This document shows positions 40,206 through 54,231 of a stretch of DNA of 64,000 bases, piece after piece. This DNA comes from Eledone cirrhosa. Lineage: Eukaryota. Numbering within the stretch: position 1 is the stretch's first letter; every line of letters starts with the position of its first letter. The position numbers were made by a program, and so were the translations under genes. The stretch lies in assembly GCA_964016885.1 (NCBI GenBank), contig OZ024742.1, positions 73,594,001-73,658,000 on the forward strand, in the 5' to 3' direction. The notes under the pieces are model-generated. The model was not told where the DNA came from. It ran no database searches and saw only the letters and a list, made by a program, of their open reading frames with translations.

Positions 40206-42632
40206 GTGTGTGTGAATATGTGTATAATATATATTTGTATGTGTGTGTGTGTGTCGGGTTGTTGACTAATTGGATTATAAATAGAAACAAACATTAGTGG
40301 ATGGATGCACACAATGCCAAATTATTTGAAAATCATAGGCAGTGTTTTCATTAAAAATATGGAAATGAAAGCGTTAATAAACACACACACACAATAAAAA
40401 CAAACACATCCCGTCTAACCCATGCTAGCGTGGAAGAACGGACGTAAAACGGTGATGATGATGATACATGCGCACAATAAGAACAATAAAAACACACACA
40501 TGAACACAATAAAACACACACTCAATAAAAAGACATACACATACTATAAAATGACATACTTACATACACACACCTTCAAAGTTGAGGATTGACTACTTTG
40601 ATACTTAGTTTCTTGTTTTCATTCTTCACAGCAACTGAGGAGGGACAGGAATGAAATATTTTACATTTTGTCAAACAAGATAGATTGTGAATATTATTTC
40701 TTTTTTAATATATTTCCAATAAAAATAGATGACAGCATTAACTCTGTTACACCTCCCCACTCAAATTACCTGATGCACACCTATATAGATGAATAAATTA
40801 ACAACAAAAACAATGAATTGTTATTGTTTTAATTAGTAGAAATTAAACACAAAAATGTGTAATTATTCTAATTTTCACATTTTGTTTTTTAACCTAGGTC
40901 TACATGCAATTGTGAGAAAGTTTCACTAATGATTAAATAAAATTGAATAATTATATTTATAAATATCACTAACACTTTGTAACAGACAGGACTGTTAGTA
41001 AAACTTTGGTTAACTTTTAAGCCTCGGCTATGGCCGCATTGAATTTGCAACCTGGCATGATATGTAAGTGTCGGATTTTGTGATCGAGCAAAAAGCAAAA
41101 AATGGGTTTTACGTGATCAGACTGTGCATGTAATCCCTTCTACGGAGCTCTGCAGGGATACCTACTAAAAGTATTGTACAGCTCCAAACTTACGGAGAGG
41201 ATTCAGTTTTATACCTGGTACCACCAATATATCGAAACTGAGCCCCATACAGATAACGGATTGCAATATAGCCATGTCTGAAAATGCATGAAAAGTTTGA
41301 TAGCCTTTTATCATGGTAATTTATTTGTTTATAGCCATTTTTAACAGTTCATAAAAATTTTATTGAAATGTTATCTTGATCATCAAATCCCAGGATTTAT
41401 TTAGTTCTACACTTACTACAAATGTGCCAAAAACTCAAGTCTCTATGGCTTGTACTTATGTATTTAGCCAGGCCTGAAAACGCATGAAAACTTACGCTTG
41501 TGTCATGAAATCGACTGTTTTGTTACATGCAACAAAATAGGTTTTACATAAATATTTCATAAATTGCCAAAAAAAAGTTTCAAGAACCTGAAAAAAATAT
41601 AGGTAACTGCTATCCCATGAACACTATTAATTTGTGTAATTATAAGATGATTATAACCTCGGTTTAAAAAAATATGACATCACAAATATGGCTGTTTATT
41701 CATTTAGGCCTAATTTGACAAGATTTTGACCAATTCGCTGACCATTCAAATTGTCATATTTCTTAAAATATTCATCCAAATTTCACAAAAGTGGTATCGA
41801 AATGTTTCTTTTTGGGTGCTTTCCAAAGTGCAGTTGAAGTTATATTTAAATATTTTTTAAAATTCATAGTGATACTTAATAGAAGATTAATTCTACTATC
41901 TAAGAAGTTTTAATGGGGATTATGGCATATAGCGTTTCCAAGCAGTCACTCATTTAAGTACATACTATGCTTGGTGTTGCTGAGTTTGAGAAAGCCATGA
42001 ACATCTCATATTTTAACTTCTCACATGCAATGATAATAATTCCCTACTTAACCTGCTGACAGTTCTTTTCTGGAAACCTGATGCATGCAGACTAGTTGGG
42101 AGACCAACTACAATGCTGAAGGATTTCTTGAAGGTGACACTGGGCTGGAGGCAGGGGAAATTCAATGCAATGCTAGACAGGGTGAGCTGGAGGAGGAACT
42201 TTGTCATGATACTGGTAATGAATGTATAGAAGAAGACTTAAACTGAAGACTACACAACTGTAGCAAGTAGGGGAGGGGGGGGGGGGATAATGAATTAACA
42301 TTGGCCCAGCTATTCTAGTGATCTTAATTGTTCTTGGAGGAATGAAAAGGAATGAAAAGCAACGATTTGAAGTCGTAATGTAAAGGAGAAAAGTGACCCA
42401 ATATAAAAATGCATTAAGTTTTGCACAATGTCACTCAGTTGTAAGAGAGGAGTAAATTTGATTAACATTAAAATCTCCATCTCCTGTACATTACTGGTAT
42501 GTTATTTGTTAGATGGGATAAAAACTATAATAGGCCTCGTAACATGTATCCTGCTTTTTGTCCTCGAAAATCAAGTGTGCTGGAAGTTAATACCATTACT
42601 ACTAGAAGACTGCTATGGAAATGGGTTTTCCT

Positions 42633-42646
42633 GTTGCTATGACAAC
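42633..42646. promoter_or_regulatory. Candidate RFX X-box GTTGCTATGACAAC
   Basis: 14-bp quasi-palindrome fitting the X-box pattern GTTRYY-N2-RRHAAC. Motif match only. Confidence 0.3.
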
Positions 42647-43894
42647 AACAAACTACAGCAGCATCAGTTGATGTTACTGGAGCCAGACATTGGTTGAGGT
42701 TCCACAATCATAGCCCCTCCCCCCTCCCTTCTATTTGGCTCCAAAACTGCCAGTGTCAGCCAAGAACATGCTGCAACTTCTCTACCACTTCAAAAACATG
42801 CATTTTAGGGAGGATACTGTAGTAGTAGTAGTAGTAGTAGTAGCAGCAGCAGCAGTGGTGGTGATGATGGTAATAGTAGTAGTAGCAGTTATGAAGGGGG
42901 AACTAACTGGGGAGCTATTTCTCCCCTCTCATTTTTTCTATCATATTCTAATGTAGTAGTAGTAGTAGTAGTAGTAGAACACTCAGTTCACAGTTACTAC
43001 AGAAATTCTGCTGAGATGAGAACACTAAATTTTCCATTAGTTTCTGTCCCCTTTTTTTTCTTCTTTTTCGTATCCCCTCCCCCTCCTCCCGACTAAACCT
43101 TCACCTCCTCCTGTGAAGGTAGAGTGGTGGTGGAGTTTTTCTTTTTTTTCTTTTTCTGTTAAAACCAAGTCCACACACACACATGTGTAGACATACAAGT
43201 AGTAGTTCCAATGTATAGCAGTGAAACAATGAATTTGGGAGAAAACAGCAATAGGTAAAGGAAAGGGGTTAGTGCTGATGCTGTTAATACCACCACCACT
43301 ACCACTAGTGGTGGTGGCAGTGGCAGTAATCTTTCCCTTCCTTTTGTTTCTACACTTTAATCTAGCAGTCCTCCTCTTCCTATTGCAGGTGCAGCCCCTT
43401 TTGAAACCAATTTACAGAAAGTGTATAGTGGAAGGGGAGGGGGAGCCGTAAATCTCTTTATTGAAGTTTTGTGGTGGTAGTGGTAGTTGTAATGATGATG
43501 GTGATGGTGGTAGTAGTAATGACAGTCCTCTTGGTGGTGGTGGTGGTGGTGGTGGTGGTAGTAGCAATTGTAGTAGTGATGACCATAGTAGTCGTGGTGG
43601 TGGTGGTGGTGGTGGTGGTGGTAGTAGTGATGGTGGTGGTAGGAAGAGATGTGCTATGTGTCAGAGTTCCTTATTTTATTTCAGATATCATCATCATCAT
43701 CATCATCATATATAGCAGCTGTAGCCCCCATTTTATTACTTTGAAATCACCTCAGCTGTCCCCATGTCTAACTCAGTTTTCCATATCTACCCCTCCCTAC
43801 TCACTATCATCCCTCCCCACCGCATCCAATAGAACTCACCTATGTTCCCCTCTACTGAAAACTTATTTTAATATGAGAACATGAACATTACTGA

Positions 43895-45100
43895 ACCAGT
43901 TTCTGCAATTCTTGCACTTAATTCAGTGCCCTGCCTCCCATCACTTGTGAACACAGCCCCGATATACTTGAACTTCTCTACCTGCTTCAGTGGAACCCCA
44001 TTCACATGTAGAGTGCACTGCACAGGCTTCCTTGAGAGGACGAGTTATGTAGTTTTTGCAGCACTGATTTTCATTCCAGCCATGCAACACTCTGCATCAA
44101 ACCTATCTAGTGCAAATTGGAGATCACCTCCTGACAAGTTAAGTAATACCATGTCGCCTATAAATTCCAGCCAACTGATTCTACACCTGCCAGCCATAAT
44201 ATCATGGCTGCACATGTCAATCCTGTTCATGAAAATAATGAACAGAGGAGGCACAGTATGAACCCTTGGCAGAGTCCAACTCCCACATTGAGTGGTTTTG
44301 ATTTAGCACCATTTATCCAAACACAAATACTTGGGTATTCATATAGAGACATCAGGTTAACAAGAAGCTGATGATCAACCCTCATACTCTGGCAGAACCT
44401 TTCACAGCAGATCCCATGGAATGCAGTCACATGCCTTTTCAAGGTCTACAAAGCAAAAATACACCCCTTGGCAATACTCCCACGATTTTTAAAGGCCTGC
44501 CACAATGTGAAGATTTGGTCGGCTATGCTGTGCCCAGGGCAAAAACCACACTGTTTATCAGATCGCTTGGACTTGACAGCTTCAGCATTCAGTAATCGGA
44601 AGAAGGGAGGTAGCTGTAAAAGCCAAATTTGCTATCTTCGATTCAGTATTTGGACCAACTATTACCTATGGTCATGAATCTTGGGTAATGACCAAAAGAA
44701 TACAATCACGAATACAAGCGGCTGAAATGGGGTTCCTCCAGAGGGTCTTTGGAGTAATGTTACTCAATAGAGTGTGTAGCTCAGAGATCAGAGAGTCACT
44801 CCAGGTAGAGCCGCTAATTCTCCGAATTGAGCGATCACAGCTCTGATACTATGGGCATGTGGTTAGAATATCTCAGTAAAGAATTGCTGGACAGATTTTA
44901 TGAGCAAAACCAACCGACAGGAGACCCAATAGTAGACCCTGAGCAAGATGGTTGGATAACATCCATGAGCTTGGCATGTCCGCTTAGGGATCCAGTCGGA
45001 TTAGTTGGAGACAGATGCTTCTGACAGGACTCGCTGGAAGGAGTATTTGAGGACTCTGCCCCCATGACCCTCTCAAAAATAAGTTGGTGACGAAGAACAT
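43895..45100. mobile_element. RTE (Rex3/Expander-like) LINE remnant with inverted 5' portion
   Basis: Minus-strand RT part at about 43895-44580 (VGVGLCQG...PPLFIIFMNRI...FIGDMVLL...LQFALDRF...GMKISAAKT...FKYIGAVFTSDGR). Plus-strand C-terminal part at about 44585-45100 (KAKFAIF..TITYGHESWVMTKRIQSRIQAAEMGFLQRV...LRIERSQL*YYGHVVR). Confidence 0.82.
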
Positions 45101-45199
45101 TGAAATAGACATGACCAAAGTATATATATTATTTGTATACAAACTTCTCTCACATGAATGTTAAAAGATAAATGTTTTTAAGTAAACTCTAGTTCATAT

Positions 45200-45535
45200 T
45201 GCTGTGTAAATTAGTTAACACCGCTGTGTAACCCAGTTAACACTATTGTGTAAACTGTAGTTAACACTGCTGTGTAAACTGTAGTTAACACCGCTGTGTA
45301 AACTGTAGTTAACACCGCTGTGTAAACTGTAATTAACACTGCTGTGTAAACTGTAGTTAACACTGCTGTGTAAACTGTAGTTAACACCGCTGTGTAAACT
45401 GTAGTTAACACCGCTGTGTAAACTGTAGTTAACATCGCTGTGTAAACTGTAATTAACACTGCTGTGTAAACTGTAGTTAACACTGTTGTGTAAACCACAG
45501 TTAATGCTGCTGTCTGTGTAAACCATAGTTAACAT
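45200..45535. repeat. 24-bp minisatellite, about 13 units (gttaacaccgctgtgtaaactgta)
   Basis: Direct reading. Track ORFs show 8-aa periodicity. Confidence 0.95.
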
Positions 45536-46508
45536 TGTTTAGAAGTTAAAGAGAGAGAACTGGTTCCAGTACCTTTTTAAAACATCTCATTTCACCTTTC
45601 CTTTTAAATATCTGACCACTCTTTAAATACAGCATCTACTTTAATATGCTGGATTTACTTGGATTTTAATACTTATATGGTGGCTAACATACATATATAC
45701 ATTACTCTTTTGCAGAAATTTACTTGGTGTTGGTGTTTAATATCAATAAATTATAATTTTTTCTATCATTACACATGGCTACTAAAACTTTTGGGAGTGA
45801 GATTGACTTCAGTTCTGGATTTAGACTCAATTTTGCCTTGTCACACTACAGATTTTTCAGCCTCATTTAATCAAAATAGATTTCCTCTTCCAAGATACAG
45901 CAATGTATTTTTTGTTGTAAATATATTATCTAAAATTGATATCTTTTTAACTAATCATTGTTCTAAGAAGCTGAGTGTTATAGATATGAGCTCAATCTGG
46001 CACTCACTTTAACCTTTCTTGTTTATAATTTCACTTCTCTAATGTGCTTGGAAAAGCATAAATGTAAATATGACAAAATAGCTGAGGAAAATATCTCAAA
46101 GGAGTAACTTCCTGCATACTAAATAAAATGCACTAAGGTCTTATATATATAATATAGTGAGTTGAAAATCTATCAGCTGAAATTATCAAAGCAATTCGTA
46201 GCAAGAAGCTCTCTCTAGATGTGCTTAAGATTAAAAAAATAAAAAAATAAATAAAATAACAATAATAATAAATAAATAAAAAAATAACAGTTTAACTGTA
46301 ATAAGATCAGTTGATCAAAAATTTGTTTAAAAGCCAACTAGTGAAAGTAGCAGACATGTTTCAGTATAATTAAACCTTCCTAGTGAAGCCCATTCTATTT
46401 AGTTGGCAAAACTAAGAGTGATCAAAATACCTTGCATACTAAATTGAAATGAAATTTACATCTCACATCTATGCAGGTTTAGCTGCAGACCTCATAAAAA
46501 ATTGTATC

Positions 46509-46720
46509 TTAACCCTTTAGGATTTAAACCAGCCATACCCAGCCAGATTTCTCTCATTTCTTTCTGTTCAACCTCGCAGTAACTGGCCACTCATACTGAT
46601 GTTAAAGTATTGTTCTCAAAATAAATAACATCAAAATCTCATAGATTTAATATTATGTGAGGTAAAGCCTTTATTGTGAAAATATAATAGTAAATATAAT
46701 GCAAATGCTTAAAAGGTTAA
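46509..46720. mobile_element. TTAA MITE copy
   Basis: ttaaccctttagg ... aaaaggttaa, same interior. Confidence 0.78.
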
Positions 46721-49585
46721 AGGAGGTTTCTTGTATGTTTTAATTGATAGGGTTATGAAAATTAATGTGAATGAATCTCCTTAAGATTACAATATGCTGC
46801 CTGGTCCATAAATTGAATCCATGACATGATCATGGGCCCAACACTAGGACACGCACTTTCATATCATGTTAAATCCAAATACAGTAGGATCTCATTTACA
46901 TATGCTAATATAGTGACTTGAAAAATGTTCAATCAACTGAGATTATCCAAACAAGCAGTTAATAGAAAAAAAATTCCTGAAATATATCTGTTGTTTAGAC
47001 CAGATCAACTCTAATCTGTATTGTCTATATTGTCCAAATAAACTTGATCTTGGGGGCATTTCCTATGTTCTGTTTTGTTTATTTAAGTACCTCAAGAGGG
47101 AAATTTTGTCTACTAATTGCTTAGATAATCTTATTTCATTGAAGTTTTTCAAGCAACTATATTGTAATTGTGAAGCTCTACTTTATTGATAACCATCTAT
47201 TTACTTTCAATTTATGTATAGCCCTGTGGAAACAAATTATTTTATGAAGGAAGGACTAATATAAAGTATATATTAGTGACAGTATGAGGTAGGAAGGGGT
47301 GGCTTGTTGGCTGTGATGTAGGAGAGAACAATGATATACCAGTCTATCCTCCTCCTCATCCAGCTGTCCACAAGCTATAACATGACCTGCTCTCTAGTTC
47401 AGCCAGGTGATGGGCTATTTTTATAACCCTTTGTTCAGAAGATAGGTCATGACCTTCTAGAAAACTAATTGCTCCTTTGTTTTCTATCAACTTTGTCTAT
47501 CCCTAAATCTTAGTCCCCTCTTCTTCATAGCATTCATTCATACTACCACCACGATTTTCCAAATTTGCAACTTTACAATACAGTAATGTATTTGTTGTAA
47601 ATATCTAAAATTGATATCTTTGTTTTTGTTACTAAATCTCAGCAGTACCATATTACTATAGAAAACCTTTTAGAAATAACCACTCTGTTTATTACTCTGA
47701 ACCAGAAACAGCCAAATAATATTTCTCTGTTTATTACACTAATGCTTGTGGGGTAGCTAAAACATCCTTTATACAGAAATTAATATACACCATTTTTAAC
47801 TTATGTCGATTTATCCATGCTGGTATGGGCTCAACAGGTCTCACAGCATCTCACAATTTGTCACCCTTTGTCATATGGCATATACAACATCAGAGAAATA
47901 GACCAATCATTGTTATTGCATATGTCATATTTTATTTAGTTTTTGCATGTGCCATCATAATTTTGCTCATGTTTTTCATGCTGGCATGGGCCGGGTTGGT
48001 TATTAATACTTTTGTCAGTTCTTATTCACAGTTATTGTACTCCTAGACATGTCAAAAAATCACATTTTGCTTGTACATTCTATTTTTGCCATGGGTTTTA
48101 TGCCCTCTTTAACACCAACCACTTTACAGAGAGTACTGGGTATATTCTATTGTACCACCAACACTAGAAGGGTGTCTTGTTCCCAGTAAAAGTAAAGAAT
48201 TTTTTCTACTCCACTTCACCTGTTCTTTTAAGGCAAACATGGACATAATTGTGAATAGAAAGAGAGGAATGATCTGGAAGCTGAAAGAGGAGAAGGTGTA
48301 GATGGAGTAATTGAGGACAGAGTGACAGCTATGTGTTAGTTGTTGGTAATTGGTTGGAAGTCGAATAGATAACAGCATGAGCATCATGAAGAGATAGCTG
48401 AGTCTAACAGAGTAGGGAAAAGTAATTCAGTGATAGCAACAGGGATAGTTGAGGGTGAGAATGATACATGTGTACTAAGATTACATGGAAGAGAGATAGA
48501 ATGAATTTTAGTGGTAGACAGTGACAGTAGTAGGAAGTTATAATCAAGTGATGATTAGTGCTGTAGAAGTCATTTCTATAAAATAAATATGTACCCGCTC
48601 TTTTAATGTATTGAGTACATAACCTTAACTGTTGGTGGCCCCTTTTCTCACACAGACATGCATACAACTCCTATCTGATAAAATCTTGTCTAATTCTCTT
48701 TCTAATTAACAACACTAAAACTTTTCATTACTTTTATAACATAATCCACCAGTGTGATACCTGTATAGTTTCTTCTTTCTTGAGCATCTTATTTACCCTC
48801 ATAACCGTTAATGAGTATATTGCTACAGCATTCATTGAGTATGAAGCCTTGTTGTACTACCAGGTTGATTATGGAAGCAGCTAGCTTGAGCCTTATTTCA
48901 GTGTGTGTGTGTGTGTGTATGTGTGTGTGTGCGTATGTGCATGCAATTGGCTTTCACAGATTTTCTGTCTACCAGGTTTCACTCGTAAGGCGTTGGTGAA
49001 TCTAACCCCCAGTAGATAATTCTTTACTCAAATCTGGAGCCACGAGGTTGTGAAGCAAATTTCTTAACTACCCTGCCATGCTTGTGTGTATGAATTAATA
49101 AACTCTCCTTGATATTTTTTATTTAGTTTGTACATAGAAGTGTGTGGGTGTGTAACCATTCTTCCACACATACATTGTATCAGTGTTTCTCCAAATAGGT
49201 TTTGTGAAGAAAGATTCAATAAAAATGTATTGTATATTCTTTTTATTTTTTATATAAACATTCTCTATCCAAAACGATTTGATAGAGTGGCAGAGGGTTC
49301 TGTGATTTTCAGAAAATCACCTAAGGTTTTTTTTTACAACAAAATAAATATAGACACCACTGCATTATATCATATGAAAACGAAAGTATTTGTAATAGTG
49401 TTTTTTTTTTTTTATTATTATTCCTTTTCTGTTTATCACAAATTTTACTTATATTTTTCTTTCTTTGCTGCTATATTTTATAAACTGCTTCTATTTTGTT
49501 TGACAGCTGAATGTTTTGTTTATTTATTTATTTTGATAAAGTTCTTAAAAAATAGTTTTGTTTTTTTGTTTTGTACCTTTCTTAG

Positions 49586-49666
49586 AATGCACCAGCACCA
49601 AGTCCACTAGGTCAAATGCCACCTCAAGATGGAATGCCAGGAGGTCCGATGCCAGGTTTTTTTACT
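49586..49666 (+). CDS. Ssdp: 81-nt coding exon NAPAPSPLGQMPPQDGMPGGPMPGFFT of an Ssdp/SSBP2-3-4 family gene
   Basis: Acceptor ttttgtacctttcttag and donor ACT|gtaagt, 27 codons, phase 0-0. Closely matches vertebrate SSBP3 [28 protein letters not shown]. Confidence 0.93.
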
Positions 49667-51125
49667 GTAAGTGAATGCTCTGAAGATTTCAATATTGGAG
49701 CTGTGGTTTCTTTCTGTTTGTCCGATTAAGCTGTAAAGAATTAGTAAGATTTAGAAATAAGTTTCTGCAGTTCTTTTGCCAGAAGAAGAGAGACCCAAGT
49801 TCTTTGCTATAACTGCTACATACAACTTCACAGTTAACAGTTGAAGAATTGACTCTTAAATCTTAGAAGTGTTACATTTTTAAACTTTGGAACCAAACTG
49901 AGATAGTGTTTTGTGCTTTGCAATACTTTAATACAGGTAATACGTGAAGCATTATGTAGAGGTTGTAGATAATTTCTATTTAAAAAAACACCAACAGAAA
50001 GGAAAACAAACAAAAGATTAAAAAAATATATATTCACAGGTTTAAATGTGGGATAACTGTTTTGTGGCTTCTGACTGTACTCACTACTTATCTCCCTTAG
50101 ATCATCAAATTTCATCTTAGTCATATTTAAGGTTTATTTTTAAAAATTTAGTTTTTATTCTTTACGCGTAAAACTGATTCTGATGTTGGTTTTACAAGTT
50201 GTGTTCACACGATGTTGGCACTAACTGTCTCCACATCAGATATCCACACACAAATATCATCAGATATCACTACATTAACATTCATGCTGGCACCAAGTGT
50301 ATCCACATTAGATATTTAATCACTACATTTATGATAATGCCAATTCAACAATCGAAATCCCCAACAGGGGAGAGGCGTTATAAAACAACCCATTTGTAAT
50401 GCCCCCCCCCCCCCCAATTGGGGATTTCGAATGTAGAATTTGTTTGTTAAAAAATTTTTTTTTTACACGATTGTATGTAAAATCCCTGGCATATGTCCTT
50501 GTATTGTCTCCTTTTCTTGTGTGCCCTTGTGGCAAATAAAGAAATATATCTATTGGAATGTCTATGGTGTTAGTATCACTGTTTCTGACATGTAGCCCTA
50601 AAAGATAACATAATTAAATCATTAATCTTAGAAATGATATGAATGTGTCAAGCTTACTGCCCAATTTAGAAATAATTTGCATAACACACACATACGCATG
50701 CTCCCCACCATCTCTGTTTGCTTTTCCATGCTGGCATGGGTCAGATAAAATTTTCTGAGGCACTTTTTTCTATAGCCAGATGCCTTTTTTGATGCCATTC
50801 CATATTTATTTTCATGCATGGTATATACTGTGGTAGTTTGTGGAAGTGCTAAGCTGTGGGACCTATGTTTATGCAGGACATAAACAAATATCGCTGGTTT
50901 TAAATGATGTTGATATAAAGGTAGCACGTGGAAACAAAACCATGTGCATGCTCACATACACACACACACACACAATAGGATTCCTGAGTTTCTCTCTACC
51001 AAATTTACCCACCAATCCTTGGCTGGCCTGTTCCTACAGAGAAGACATTTCCCAAGGTGCCATGCAGTGGGACAAAATTCAGACCCATCGGGTTGCGGAG
51101 TGAACTTCTTAGCCACATAGCTATA

Positions 51126-51192
<67 letters not shown>

Positions 51193-52312
51193 ACCCCCCC
51201 CCCCCATTTATTTTTCTTTTCTGTGAAATGATCCCCGTAGCACAAACAATATATCTTTATATATCAACATTAGAAATGATTTCCTTAATCTATTGATATA
51301 TTATTATTGTTTGTTTACAAAATTATTTTTTCTTTCATAATTTCTTACTACCTTTTTTCTCTTTCCTTAGTCATCTTGCCACTTTCATCTACATCCACCA
51401 CCACATATTCTTTCCAAAATCTCTGTTATTTGTTGTTGCTTTTTTTTCTTTTTATTGCATTGTGAATAAGCACCTTGTCAGGTTGGCCAGTTATACTGGA
51501 GGGAGTGGCAGTGGGTCGTCATAGTTTTTAAAAACTATCCTTAAGTCAGAAATTATAGTATATATATCTAGTGTAAAATTTATAATTTTTAGCTGGGGTA
51601 GTTATTTGGTAGAGCTTTGTAGAGACAGTCACACCTTGACTAGTCACAGTAATCATTAATAATTCATGTTATACTAGTTATCTAGACACAAACTATATCT
51701 CTCTCTCTCTCAAGCACTCAGACAGGAAGACAGCTTGCATGAAATCACCCAAAACAATATTCAATAGTGATCTGAATAGTTTAATCAATCAGTCAGTCTA
51801 TATCAAAGTATTTTGGTCAGTCACTATTCAGTCCAATAGCAACACACATGCATATCCACTCAAATAGCAACACAGATATCTACAGTAATAGCTGCACACA
51901 TACATATCCACTCTAATAGTACACACACACAAAATTGTTTTTAAAATTTAGGATATTAAGGGGGGGGGGGGGGCAAACTTATTACAACAGTATTTTGATA
52001 AATCTATAAATTTTGGCAGCCTTCTATAGAAAATAGTTGAAAAGGAGGAATGTTCCAGCTTTAAGTAAATAATGAACCTCATCAGCATCATCATTATGAC
52101 TGTTTTTCCATAGTTGCATGGGTTAGACAGGGATGATGATGATAATTTCTAACATAGGTATAAGGTGACATTTTGGGGGAGAAGTGTAGATAATGGAATC
52201 AACCACAGTAATTGACTGTGACTTATTTTATTGGCACCCTTCACACAGAAGAATGAAAAGTATAAAGTTGACTTTTGGACATATAAACTCTAATAAACAT
52301 TAGTCACATGAG

Positions 52313-52538
52313 CCCTTTAACATTTACATTACTCTAATATTTACTATTATATTTTCATGGTAAAGGCTTTACCTCACATAATTATCTCATATAATATTGA
52401 ATCTATGAAATTTTGATATTATTTATTTTGAGAACAATAACTTAACATCAGTGTGAGTGACCGGTTACAGCCAGTTTGAACAGAAAGAGGTGAGAGAATT
52501 CTGGCTGGATATAGCTGGTTTAAATGCTAAAGGGTTAA
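52313..52538. mobile_element. TTAA MITE copy
   Basis: ccctttaacattt ... aaatgctaaagggttaa. Confidence 0.78.
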
Positions 52539-54231
52539 ATACTGCAAAGTATTTTGTTTGTTGCTCCATGCATTCTACCATCCACTATTAATGATGATAA
52601 AGTTTGGTGTGGGGAACAACTTTATTTGCAGTTTCCTTGTTTAATTACAACACCTTTGTTTTTAGTAATTGCACCCTTTTGTTAAATCTGCCAAAATTTA
52701 ACTATAAAATTCTTATAAATTACAACTCTCACTACCAACATTTATACTACCAGAAATAAGAATCAAATCTTTGTTAAGTTATCCTCTACTGTCTACAAGA
52801 CATCTTGAATAATGTAGCTTTAGCATCTGTAATGGCTGTACAAAAAATAAGAAGGTGATGGCTGCAATATTTTCGATTATAGTTCGACTATTGCTTTGTT
52901 TTCATATTTCCTTTCTTCCTCCTCATCATTTTTCATCCATTTTTCATGCTAGCAAGGGTTGGATATGTTGTGACAATCTGAGCTAGTTTTTAGTCACAGT
53001 TACTACACTTCTAGTTAGGTATGAGCATGTTCTGCCTCACACTCATTAGTCAAGAATGTCATGTAAATTCAAATTTCTTCAATATATAAAATGTATTTTA
53101 TATTTTCATGGATAGAACACAGACTGTCAGTTTTTAATAATGGGTTGATTTATGAAAACTATTTCTATTTTGACTCTTTTTAAAAATTATTATCTTTTTA
53201 TTTATTTATTTTTTTATTATTATTTTTTAAATTTTTTTTTTTTATTAAACCTTCGGTGAAATAGTTTTAGCTATTTTGAATTGTTTAAGAAAAGACATTT
53301 TTTTTTTCTTTCACAAATAATTAAAATCCTTTTAGGAATAAAAATAGATGTTTTACTGACTGGCTAAATGTTTAGTATTTATGTATGGAAAGAGAATGGT
53401 TCTAACATTAACATTTTATATTATTCAATACTTCACTGCATTGGGGCACCTCAAAGCCCTCTCAATACTCCCTTTCCTGCCACCTTTAACTGATCCAAAT
53501 TTTTATAGTAATTTAGCCCCTCATAAAACCCAACCTCTGACACTTGTTGCTGTGAAAATATTTCAGTAATTTTCAATTTGCTTGAACAAACCAAAAAAAA
53601 GTTCCTTTCATTTAATTGATGTCTTCCCCTATTTTAGCAATCTTATTTAAGTTAACTATTTAAAATTAAATAATTTTTTTTCTTTTGCTCTTTTACTTTT
53701 TTCTTTTCTGTATAATTTTCTTTTTCTTTCTATCACCACACACACACACACACACACACATTGTAGTGTACTGTTCCACACAATCAAAATTAGTGGCTAT
53801 TTTAATAATATTCTTAAGTTTTATTCTCTCAATGTTAATTTTCCCTTAATTTTCACCTGTATATTCCACATTCACGACAGCCAGATAGGTTGAAGTTATT
53901 TATTGAAGATCAAAAGCAGCGCTTGTTTATTTTTATGACTTATTTTAAAAAAAAAAAAATTATGATTCCAGTTAATTAATAAGAGAAAAAAAATTCTTAA
54001 CCCCCCCCCATCCCTAAACTTGTTTTGTCTATTAATCATTGGGCAACAAAACATACACACACATGCTCCAGGGCAGTTTTTACCGACATAACTGTTATGA
54101 CCACTAATCAGTTCAAATTAAACAGCAGTCAGTATTGATATAATAACTAGGTTTTAGGATCACCAATTCCACAGAAACATCACCTTTAGTCGGTCAGAAT
54201 GAATTAGTTTTCATTCAGAAGTTGTTCTGTT

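Larger units (their letters stand above)
21312..49585 (+). other. Intron of the Ssdp-like gene (about 28.3 kb, GT-AG)
   Basis: Lies between two in-frame exons. No other convincing coding exon was seen by eye. Confidence 0.7.

Noticed and set aside
43461-43884. Gly/Ser-rich and Val-rich ORFs
   Set aside because: (GGT)n/(GTA)n low-complexity sequence.
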